Shown piece by piece: positions 55,117 to 64,000 of a stretch of DNA of 64,000 nucleotides. The position numbers and the translations under genes are program-made. The notes beneath the pieces were generated by a model. That model had not been told where the DNA came from. It saw only the letters and a program-made list of their open reading frames with translations, and searched no databases. The DNA lies in IMG/VR virus record IMGVR_UViG_3300028591_000122, positions 52,457 to 116,456 of that record; one strand, given 5' to 3'. Position 1 is the stretch's first letter; each line of letters opens with the position of its first letter. The stretch comes from a virus (taxonomy: Duplodnaviria; Caudoviricetes).

Positions 55117-58100
55117 ACGCGCTCCTTTTTGTAGTCTCCAATATACCAATAACCTTTTTTGTTCTTAAATACTCTGCCTACATCAATTATATCCATAGGT
55201 GTCAACTCCCCAAACGCATTCCACGTTTTTGCGTCAATGTTAAGAGAAGCGGTTCTTCCAGTTCCTATGGAGCGAGTCTCTACTTTATAACACCAAGGGT
55301 CATCTGAATACTGTCCGATTAACGGCTTCACTTCAAGAATTAAAATTCTTTTAGTATCTTCGGGTTTACAAGTGGTTAGTTCAATGTAACCAAGAATCTC
55401 TTGTTGCCACGCCATTTTTTCTTTGTATGTAGGTGGTTCTAACTTTTGACATTCAAATAAAATGTCTTTCAATAAATCATACATATGATGACTGTTTAAC
55501 TTCCAAGATTTAGATTCGCTACCATCTTTATTTTTGTCATTAGCATAGTACGGAACTAATCTTGTCAATAAATCATCTGTTTTATCTTTCGATAATTGCT
55601 TTGCCATTCCCTGCTTGAGAATATCCCAATATTCTATAAATTTAAGTAAAGCATTTTCATTGCCGAACTCGCTAAAATATCCAATTTTAATCAAAGGAAT
55701 AATCTTGGCAGATTTAATTGAAAGGTCATCGAGATATTTAAGAGCATGAATGAAATCTTTCGTCTTAAGACCACATTCGTATAATGCTTCTGCAATTGAA
55801 TCACTATAACCCTTGATTGAAGATAAAGCATTGTTAATCGCATTCTTTTCTTTATCAATTGTTATTGCTCGGTTATCCTGCCTAAATCTATAAGGTGGAA
55901 AGACAATATTAAAATAATGCTCTGCTTCGTCTTTGAATCTGTTTAATCTGTCTTTAGCCTTTTTACGATTAAGGATATTCATATAAGTCTCATAAAACTC
56001 CAATGGATAATGAGTCTTAAGCCATGCTTGATACAGAGAATCGAGAGCGACAGAATATGCGTGCGCACTATTGAAGGAATATTTTGAACTATCTTCAATA
56101 ATCTGCCATACTCTATGTGCTATTTCTTCTGCTTTGTATTCGGGAATGCCTTCATCTTCTTTAATCTTCTTTGTAAAACCATCAATGAATATAGGTTTAT
56201 TCTTTGTGATTTCATCAACTCTCTTTTTAGATATAGCCTTAATAACTGCATAACACTCACTCATAGGAATACCTGCATAGTTAAGTGTTAACATAGCCTG
56301 TTCCTGATATAGCACGAATGAATTGGGCATTTCTTCTGTCTGTAAAAGATTATCAAAAGTAGGAATATTGTAATCAAAATGTTCTCTTGATTCGAATATA
56401 TCATACATTGATTTGAATCCCGGACGAACCGCCGCAACAAATGCAGTCAACTCGGATATATTTGTAGGAGCATAAGCGCCAACTTTAGTTGATGATGACG
56501 GTTGTTCTACTTGATTTAAGCCTTTAGTACATTGTTGCTTATACAACTTCCAAGGGGCTAAATCGGTTTTACATTTCTCAATCAATTCAGTAGACGAGAA
56601 AGGAGTCATACCGATTCTCTCAAAGATTTTATATATGACTTCTACTACATTAACCTTGAGCCAGTCATTCTTTAAGAAGCCATATTTCTCTGCCCATTTG
56701 CCGTCCATACAACAACATAAACGTCCTTCTCCTTGACTTGATTTAACAAATATATATCCGATTTCTTTTCTTATATTCCCCTCATAAACCAAACTTGCAC
56801 AGGCGTGAGGAGTTACGGCAGAAACAACACCGAGATAATCTGTACTCTTTAAATAAATATCCTTATATTGTTCTTCAATATAATCAAGGATATCAATGTC
56901 GATTTCTTCATCGTCATCTGCTTCTTCTTTAGCCTTTGCATAATCCTTAAGGTACTTCGCTATCTGTTTTGAGATTTCATTAGATGTATCATAATCTACA
57001 TTTTGTGCTTTTGCATACATCTTCCAAGCGGCAGCAGGCTTTAATTGTTGGTAAGCAATCATTTGTTTTGAATGTTCAAACCCCAACAATTCCTCTTGTG
57101 CTTCCCAAAATGGCTCTTGAACCGCAACATTCATATCAATATCTGCTAAAGAGTGTGTTTCCAAAATACGAGTAGGACTCATAAATCTTTCAGGGTACAT
57201 CTTTACATTTGCGGATATTCTATCTACAGAAGTAAAGCCTAATAACTTATTTAAGAAGAAAGATACACCCGAACCTCTTCCTGTTAGTGTTAACTGTCCA
57301 CCCTTTTCTTTTCCTAATTGAGTAATTGCATAGTCAAGTAAGAAGTAATCGGAGTGGAATGTCTTCTTAACAATATCAAGTTCGTATCGTATTTGCTCTT
57401 CATATTCACTGTGGCGCTCTACAGGAACTTCTTTCTTGTAGTCTGACCATTTATCCCAGATTAACTTTTCGAGCTTATCATCGCGCTCCTGTTGCGTCAG
57501 AGAGGGATATAAAGTAGGCATCTTAATATCGTGGTTAAAGATAGGACAATCATATTCTTCTACATTGAGGAATATATTAGTATTGTTCATGGCTTCCATT
57601 ATCTCGTTATGAGAAAGAACGCACTGTTCTACAAATCTCTTGTATGCGGTTTCTCCGTCTGGGTAGTCCATATACCAACCTTCTTCATCAGGATATTCCA
57701 TACCTTTAGACTTTATGTATTCATCTCTGTCCAATGCGCCTTTTTCATCTATGTAATGAGAGTCACAACCCATTATGATTTGGAAACCATATTCTCTTTT
57801 CAGTTTAAGGATATGCTTGTTAAGACGTTTCTGTGGCTCTGTATTGTGATATTGTACTTCAAGGTAGAAATTATTACCGAAGTGTTCTTTCATACGTAAG
57901 AAGATAGAATCTGCGTCTTCATAATGCCATCCAGCAATACAAGCGGAAGTCACAACAACATCGTCTGCCGGAAGTGACATAATCAGTTCTAAATCAATAC
58001 GTGATTGTCTGTAATATCCGTCAATCGCCGCTTGAGAAAGTATATCGTTAATTGCTTGTCTGCCGTTTTCATTCATAGCAATCAGCACGATGTGGCAGTT

Positions 58101-58373
58101 TTTACCATCTTTATGACCATTCTCATCAATGGCAAGTCTGTCTTTAACCCAATATGCTTCTGTGCCAAACACAAATTTAAGACCATACTTTTCTGCTAAT
58201 TGATGACATTCAATGTAATGACCTTGCCAACCGTGTTCTACCGAAGAGATAATTCCGTGTCCTAATTCGACGGCTCTCTTACAATACTCTTCAAGAGATG
58301 TTGCGGAATCTGCAACCTTAATGTTTGACCAATATGTGTGTTTATGGTAATTCTGGAAGATTAAATTGTCCAT
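55113..58373 (-). CDS. dnaE: DNA polymerase III alpha subunit (family C)
   Basis: PHP domain (YHKHT, DSHY); GRGSG, ADID, HAC, LKND, YSFNSAHA. Confidence 0.95.
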   Translation of the reverse strand: MDNLIFQNYHKHTYWSNIKVADSATSLEEYCKRAVELGHGIISSVEHGWQGHYIECHQLAEKYGLKFVFGTEAYWVKDRLAIDENGHKDGKNCHIVLIAMNENGRQAINDILSQAAIDGYYRQSRIDLELIMSLPADDVVVTSACIAGWHYEDADSIFLRMKEHFGNNFYLEVQYHNTEPQKRLNKHILKLKREYGFQIIMGCDSHYIDEKGALDRDEYIKSKGMEYPDEEGWYMDYPDGETAYKRFVEQCVLSHNEIMEAMNNTNIFLNVEEYDCPIFNHDIKMPTLYPSLTQQERDDKLEKLIWDKWSDYKKEVPVERHSEYEEQIRYELDIVKKTFHSDYFLLDYAITQLGKEKGGQLTLTGRGSGVSFFLNKLLGFTSVDRISANVKMYPERFMSPTRILETHSLADIDMNVAVQEPFWEAQEELLGFEHSKQMIAYQQLKPAAAWKMYAKAQNVDYDTSNEISKQIAKYLKDYAKAKEEADDDEEIDIDILDYIEEQYKDIYLKSTDYLGVVSAVTPHACASLVYEGNIRKEIGYIFVKSSQGEGRLCCCMDGKWAEKYGFLKNDWLKVNVVEVIYKIFERIGMTPFSSTELIEKCKTDLAPWKLYKQQCTKGLNQVEQPSSSTKVGAYAPTNISELTAFVAAVRPGFKSMYDIFESREHFDYNIPTFDNLLQTEEMPNSFVLYQEQAMLTLNYAGIPMSECYAVIKAISKKRVDEITKNKPIFIDGFTKKIKEDEGIPEYKAEEIAHRVWQIIEDSSKYSFNSAHAYSVALDSLYQAWLKTHYPLEFYETYMNILNRKKAKDRLNRFKDEAEHYFNIVFPPYRFRQDNRAITIDKEKNAINNALSSIKGYSDSIAEALYECGLKTKDFIHALKYLDDLSIKSAKIIPLIKIGYFSEFGNENALLKFIEYWDILKQGMAKQLSKDKTDDLLTRLVPYYANDKNKDGSESKSWKLNSHHMYDLLKDILFECQKLEPPTYKEKMAWQQEILGYIELTTCKPEDTKRILILEVKPLIGQYSDDPWCYKVETRSIGTGRTASLNIDAKTWNAFGELTPMDIIDVGRVFKNKKGYWYIGDYKKERV

Positions 58374-59715
58374 ATAGATACCCCTTATAATTTAAAAAAT
58401 TCTTCTAATCTTTTTTCAAAGTCGAGAGTATTAGGCTTGAACACCTTATATTTTACAAGCCAATTATAAAGCCTTGTATTTATCATATATCTTTTATGAT
58501 AGAAGATGTGGTAATAATCAGTTTTCATTTGTTCTCCATCATCTGCACAAGTTCGTCGAATATGTACTTATAAGGATTGTCATCTTTATAAGCGGTGTAA
58601 ATCCAATCTTTCATATAGTCTGGAATATCAGACACTTTAATGTTTCCAAGCATTAAATTTGTTCTGACCATTTCCGGTGTAACCTTTAAAGGATTACCAA
58701 ATATCTTTCGAACGTAATACCAATGAATGAAATTGGTATCTATCATTGCTCTTCTGTGTAAATCATTCATTACTTAACTTCGCCTCCGATTGTTTCTTTA
58801 ATTCGTCAAGCATTGTTTTGGATGTGTAAATTACTCCGTTAATTCCCCATGCTTTATGCAAGTCATATATGGGTTCACACGTAAATCCGTATCTCTTCTT
58901 CCACTTTTTGTTTATTCTTTTCTTATGGTGACAACGGCGTTGTTTAATGTCATATCTTACAATAAAATACTTATCATCAAGCACTTGTATTGGCACACCC
59001 GAAAACATATCATAATCCAATAACATATCATTCTCCTCATAGTGTCATATTGTTTTCTATGAATTTGCAAGCATCCTCTAAACTTAAATAGACATATGGT
59101 TTACCATTATGAATGACCTCGTATCTCCAATACCGATTGTCAGTGATTATTTCCTTAAATGTCACATCATTGTAGATGTACCAATTAACACGTTCGCCTG
59201 TGTCTATATAGCATTTACTTTCAATGAAGTGACACCTGTCCATATTAGGCTCTATTTCCGTTCGGGCTTTTTCTTCATTAACTTTTTCTTCTGCGGAACA
59301 GTCTATACATACGACATTATTGAGATTAGAGGTATCAACATCTATTGCTTTTGACATAATCGTTTCTTTAGTTATGACAAGTGTATCATAACCAGAGTAA
59401 GCGCTGCCTATAACTTGCCCTGCTGTTTGAAAATCGTTTTCATCAACAATATATACTTTCATATTATTCTCCTTATATGTATGCATTAAATTCAAATTCA
59501 TAATACAAATAAACGTTTGTATCATCTGCAACATCGTAACAAATACCGTCAAGTAAGCCCACACAATTGCCGTCATCATTAGAATTGCAAGGATTTAATT
59601 TAATTCTTGGGAATTCCGGGGTGTTTTTTAAATAAAAAATATCGCCCTGTTTCAAATCTTTAAAAGTTTTTTCATTGTTGATAATATTAATTGATGTTTT
59701 CATATTATTTACTCC

Positions 59716-60126
59716 TTAATTATACACACTATTAGGTTGAACTGAACCTAATAAATAAGTTGCTCCACAATACTTACAACAGAAAATTGACTTATGTTCA
59801 TCAACTTCCAGAGATGCACCACATCTTTGACAGTTATGAACTAGTGCAACAGTTCTGTTTACTCTTGCTTTCAGTTCTTTAAGTTCTGCTACTAGGCTAT
59901 TTATGTCGGTTGTCCTATAGTCTACTATCGGTTCTGTCGATTTGAATGTCACTTCGGGAGAACATTCGAATAACTTCTTATCTATAGTCGCATTATCTAT
60001 TGTAAAAGAGAATTTTCTTTCGGGGTCAAATCTTGTTACGTAGTCTTCCATTTTTTCTTTTGTCTCAACTTGATTAGATAAAAACCATAAATCACCATAT
60101 CGAGTTTTCTTTTTTTCTAAAGCCAT
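59716..60126 (-). CDS. Zn-ribbon hypothetical protein
   Basis: CQRCGA...CKYCGA. Confidence 0.55.
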   Translation of the reverse strand: MALEKKKTRYGDLWFLSNQVETKEKMEDYVTRFDPERKFSFTIDNATIDKKLFECSPEVTFKSTEPIVDYRTTDINSLVAELKELKARVNRTVALVHNCQRCGASLEVDEHKSIFCCKYCGATYLLGSVQPNSVYN

Positions 60127-60127
60127 A

Positions 60128-60475
60128 TCACTCACTCCTTATCTCAACCATATGTTTATCCTCTCCAAGTTCTGGTAGAATTTGAAATTCCATATTGCAA
60201 GTCATATTTGTGCCTACTTGAAATCTGCCAATGTTGAAATTGCCAAGACCATAAGCATCTTGATATTCGGGTTCGCAGTTCAAACTCACATTCGTCGGAT
60301 AACCTTTCATAATAACTTCATAGCCGTTTACTCGAATCTTAAACAACACTATGTCTCTGTTATCCATATTAATTTTCATTCCTGTTAGGTCATATACTTT
60401 TGATTTGCAGTACATACACCTACCTTCATCATCAAGTATACCACCGCAATTAGGACAATTCTTTAATCTTTCCAT
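60128..60475 (-). CDS. Zn-ribbon hypothetical protein (N-terminus similar to 60811..61170)
   Basis: CPNCGGILDDEGRCMYC vs CPNCKGVLDENGKCLGC. Confidence 0.55.
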   Translation of the reverse strand: MERLKNCPNCGGILDDEGRCMYCKSKVYDLTGMKINMDNRDIVLFKIRVNGYEVIMKGYPTNVSLNCEPEYQDAYGLGNFNIGRFQVGTNMTCNMEFQILPELGEDKHMVEIRSE

Positions 60476-60558
60476 AACCGCTCCTTAAATAACTATAGGT
60501 TTTATTAGAGGTGATTCCCCTACACAAACGGTAGAGGAATCCAACCTCGTAATGATTA

Positions 60559-60798
60559 TTACTTCTTGTGTCCTTTCTTAATCTTTTCAATTGTTGAAAG
60601 TCTGTATGCAACAAAGCGACAAGTATCTCCGTATCTGTTCTCTCCAACCATCGGAATAGAATCAATAACCATTCCGCTCTGTCTTAAGTTGAAAATCTTC
60701 GCAGATAATCTTGTACAACCGTATAGTTTAAATGCTTCCATACTTGTAATTGTCTTGCCTGATTCCAAATGTTCTTTAATTGCTGTTGTCTGATTCAT
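60559..60798 (-). CDS. Phage winged-helix DNA-binding protein (HTH_39-like)
   Basis: HL..GKTITSMEAF.LYG.TRLSA.I..LR..G. Confidence 0.7.
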   Translation of the reverse strand: MNQTTAIKEHLESGKTITSMEAFKLYGCTRLSAKIFNLRQSGMVIDSIPMVGENRYGDTCRFVAYRLSTIEKIKKGHKK

Positions 60799-61708
60799 AA
60801 TTTTTTCTCCTTATCTGTGTTCTTTCTCGCTACAATATCTACACACAATGCTAAATCTTTCAGTATTGACACCGTTTTTATTACAAATAACTTTGTTACC
60901 ATTAGCGTCTACGCAATGAGCGCAACCGTCAATTAGTAATTGTTCGCTCGGTAATTTTTTCGCATCATTGATTTTCTGAATGGCTTCTTTTATTTCTTCG
61001 ATTGGCGAAGCATTAATATTGCCAACTTCTACGAGTTTGTTAATGATTAACTCATCAGGAATCTCATTTGCTATTACACCCCCTTCCTCTAATTTCATCT
61101 TGGTTACCGTACCGCAACCGAGACACTTACCGTTTTCATCAAGTACACCTTTACAGTTTGGACAAATCATTGTTGTTCTCCTTTCTTTTAAAATATTCAC
61201 AACAATTATCTAATCTAACGTAAGTAGTAATTTTTGCACGCATACACTCATAAGCGCATTGTCGATTCCCATAATAATCAAATGAATGTTTACTACGTTT
61301 ATGAGAATATTCACAATTTTTGCACCAGAGTTTATCTTCATTCATTCTTTATTCTCCATAGCATTGATTAATTTTTCATATTCATGGTATCCTGCACGAA
61401 CATCTATATAGCCACCGCCATCAAGAAAAACTCTGTATTCATTTCCTATTCGGTCAAAACCAATAATTGAATCCTTTTTAATGGCGACATTATGCCAACT
61501 ATCTCTTTTAACAAATTGAATAATATCACTCATTTATTGTCTCCTTTTAATTCAGATAACTTTACATATATTTCTGTTTGCATGTCAACAACACCTCTAA
61601 CATAATTTGCAAATTCCCAATCACTTGTATCTCTATCAAATCTTCTTGCTTCAATCCTAATAAGTCTATATGCCATTAGTTCAATTTCTTCTTCAGTTAA
61701 ATTCATTT

Positions 61709-62086
61709 CTATTCTCCTTTCAGTTCTCTTTGTTCTTCTTGCATTTTATACTTTAAATTATCAATAGATACACCGGTATAATAATAATCAGAACAAGTAG
61801 TTTCGAGTAAATATGTCGGATTGTTCCACTCATTATCATCAATATCGACATCTGTTAAGTTGATAACAACTCTCCATAACCGATTACAGTAAAGGTAATT
61901 ATGAGTAAAATGTGTTACATCTTCTATGCTATCTGCTTTAAACCAAATTTGGCAAGGTCCCGTTCCGTGTCCACAACAACATGAAGTTGTTTCTATCCCG
62001 TCTATTGCATTGATACACTTAATCAATTCTACTAATTCCCAATCAATATCCTCATAAGGAATAATTGTTTTACTATTTCTTTTCAT
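61709..62086 (-). CDS. Hypothetical protein with TTSCCCGH motif
   Basis: IN.I.GI.T.SC.GH pattern, reminiscent of TYW3-like folds. Confidence 0.4.
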   Translation of the reverse strand: MKRNSKTIIPYEDIDWELVELIKCINAIDGIETTSCCCGHGTGPCQIWFKADSIEDVTHFTHNYLYCNRLWRVVINLTDVDIDDNEWNNPTYLLETTCSDYYYTGVSIDNLKYKMQEEQRELKGE

Positions 62087-62348
62087 CTATTTTTCTCCTT
62101 TCAGTTCTCCTCTTCTCCAATACTTTATATACGTATCTCTGTCTACAACGTATAATGTATCTGTTTCTATAAATGGCAAATAGAAAAAAGCAATTATTCT
62201 CTCATTGTCTTTGAATGTCTCTTTTGCTTTTGCTATTGTTACAAAATCGCCTATCATTACATACTCGCCATCAACTAAAACATCAAGTGCGTGTTTATCG
62301 TTTACCATATCTTGACCAATTCTTAACATTCCTGTTCTCCTTTCAGTT
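61712..62348. repeat. RBS-containing junction repeats
   Basis: TTCTCCTTTCAGTTCTC exact at 61712 and 62093; 14-bp match at 62335. Confidence 0.75.
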
Positions 62349-63075
62349 TCTTACTTCTGCTTTTCGTATATGGCTTACTCTGAATGATATATTGTTAATA
62401 TAAAAATCGTTTGGTTTGCGATAATCGTGCTTTGCTGAAAACTCGTCAGCATATCCAAGTGTTCCGTATGTACTTGTTCCGTCTTTGAAATATACAAAAA
62501 CATTTTTGCCGACTAATTTCATTAAATCTGCCTTAGTCATTTTTTATTCTCCTTTGAATCTTATGTCATTAAACATTAACAGAGTTACAATATTATTTTT
62601 ATTTTTTATTCCTTGAATATGAAACATAGCATATTCCCTATCCTCAAAAGGACCATCTGTAGTGGCAAGTGCCACTTCATTGTCAAGATTTATGTCTTCA
62701 TTATTCAACAATTCAATAATCAATTCTCTGCCTGTCATTTGTTATCTCCTCTATATACCCACTCGCCCTCTTTGCTCTTTACTATTCCTAACTGATAAAG
62801 TTTTCTGCACGCTAATTCTGCAAAAGCATCTTTATTAAATTCCCAATATTCATCAAAGATTTCATCAGCCACGAATTTAGCGAATTCTTTGTATTTTTTC
62901 TTTGCTTGTCTCTTATTCATTTATTTATCCTCTTCTTCCTGTGTCTCTACATACTTCTTTCCAATTTGTTCAAGATTATCAGCAAATTCATTAAAGGCTT
63001 GTGCAACCTCTCTTGATTCATCAATAATCTTTTTTAAATTCATTTCTGCTGTAATTTTATATGTTGCCATATCAC

Positions 63076-63565
63076 TCCTCACTTTCTGTCTTGTACCATT
63101 CTTCCACCTCCTACATCTTCGCTCCGCATTGTGGACAGTATTTATACAATGGAATATCACCTTCTGCCTCTTTATCGACACATTCAAGGACAACGCAATG
63201 ACACTCTGAACAATGCCAATTTCCAAGTTTGGGGTTATAGTCATATTGTACCCATTCCCAATGTCCCATCTTTGATTGTGGTGTAACAGGTGGTAACTGA
63301 CATATTATTCTTGAATATTCCTCAAAATCCTCTGCACTAACGGCATAACCACTTGCGACATAATCAGCCATCTTTTCAAGTGCCATATCACGGCTTATAC
63401 AATCATCGCAAGGCTCTTGCTCTAATGCTTTAATTCCCATTTGTAAAGCCGTATCATAATCGGAATTGTGATTATCTTCTACCATTCCGATAAGATTATC
63501 TAACAAATCTATTGCTTCTTCTCTTGTCATTCCTTATCCTCACTTTCTGCCTTGTACCATTCTTC
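63076..63565. repeat. 29-bp direct repeat pair (63076-63104 and 63537-63565)
   Basis: TCCTCACTTTCTG(T/C)CTTGTACCATTCTTC, 28/29 identical. Confidence 0.85.
63111..63530 (-). CDS. Zn-ribbon phage protein flanked by 29-bp direct repeats
   Basis: ALEQEPCDDCISR, CSEC, YCPQCGAKM. Confidence 0.6.
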   Translation of the reverse strand: MTREEAIDLLDNLIGMVEDNHNSDYDTALQMGIKALEQEPCDDCISRDMALEKMADYVASGYAVSAEDFEEYSRIICQLPPVTPQSKMGHWEWVQYDYNPKLGNWHCSECHCVVLECVDKEAEGDIPLYKYCPQCGAKM

Positions 63566-64000
63566 TCTTGTGCCATATCTATAATGGTCTTGATAATATT
63601 CAGCAGTTAAGATATTGATTTCGTGTATATTATCTATTCCCCAACTCCAAGCCATAAATGGTTCTCTCTTGTATTTAAAGTTAATAAGAATTTTAATTAT
63701 CTTGTCTATTAGTGTCATATTTTCTCACTTTCTGCCAATAAAAATACTCGCAGTGACTGTCGGTGCTTCACATTCAGTATCAATCTCATAAGTTATGTTC
63801 TCTTTAATAGCCTCAAATAAATCTTTTGTTAATGATTGTTTGAATAATGCTATAAATCCTGCATCATATGGTCGGTATGGTGGCAAAAATCTTCTTGACC
63901 GATACTCTTGAAATTGCATTGTCGTATGTGTTACAAACTTTGGCTTATTATATAAGTCATATAATTCCTGCATAGTAGGACTGTCCGTAATAATTCTACG

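Larger units (their letters stand above)
58385..63973 (-). other. Array of ~20 small, translationally coupled hypothetical genes (early hypervariable region)
   Basis: Contiguous 47-142 aa minus-strand ORFs with AGGAG RBS and overlapping stop/start codons. Confidence 0.7.

Noticed and set aside
55113-58373. Intein or intron in dnaE
   Set aside because: Normal length, continuous motifs, no splice or homing endonuclease motifs noticed
1-64000. Stop-codon reassignment
   Set aside because: TAA, TAG and TGA all end genes and the standard code gives dense, long ORFs

Overview
A 64-kb segment of a large, AT-rich, long-tailed (siphovirus-type) phage genome, probably infecting a gut Clostridia/Lachnospiraceae-like host. 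Host is inferred from AGGAGG RBSs, sigmaA-type promoters and a SleB-like hydrolase. The + strand (1-49.9 kb) is the morphogenesis arm. It runs: NAGPA-type glycosidase (truncated by the window), prohead protease/scaffold, capsid, neck and tail tube, holin, GH25 lysin, RusA, GT2 glycosyltransferase, a tRNA-like RNA, a 4215-aa tape measure protein, baseplate, about 12 modular fibre/adhesin genes, a second lysin, an HTH-led cassette of unknown function and a BspA/DUF285-like repeat protein. The - strand (49.9-64 kb) is an early/replication arm: Xis-like HTH, dUTPase, SleB-like hydrolase, IscS, DnaE and many small genes. Most notable observations: (1) short N- and C-terminal motifs recur across the fibre genes in an anchor/extender/tip pattern, suggesting a docking code for a multi-subunit, possibly branched fibre, with sugar-binding domains plugged into conserved scaffolds; (2) a JAMM/JAB-like motif inside the TMP; (3) an HTH-fibre chimera followed by a structured leader and a 6-gene Cys-protease/coiled-coil cassette; (4) a non-canonical tRNA-like RNA and an orphan ~64-nt sRNA; (5) direct-repeat-bounded gene cassettes in the early region. 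All calls come from reading motifs by eye; no searches were run.
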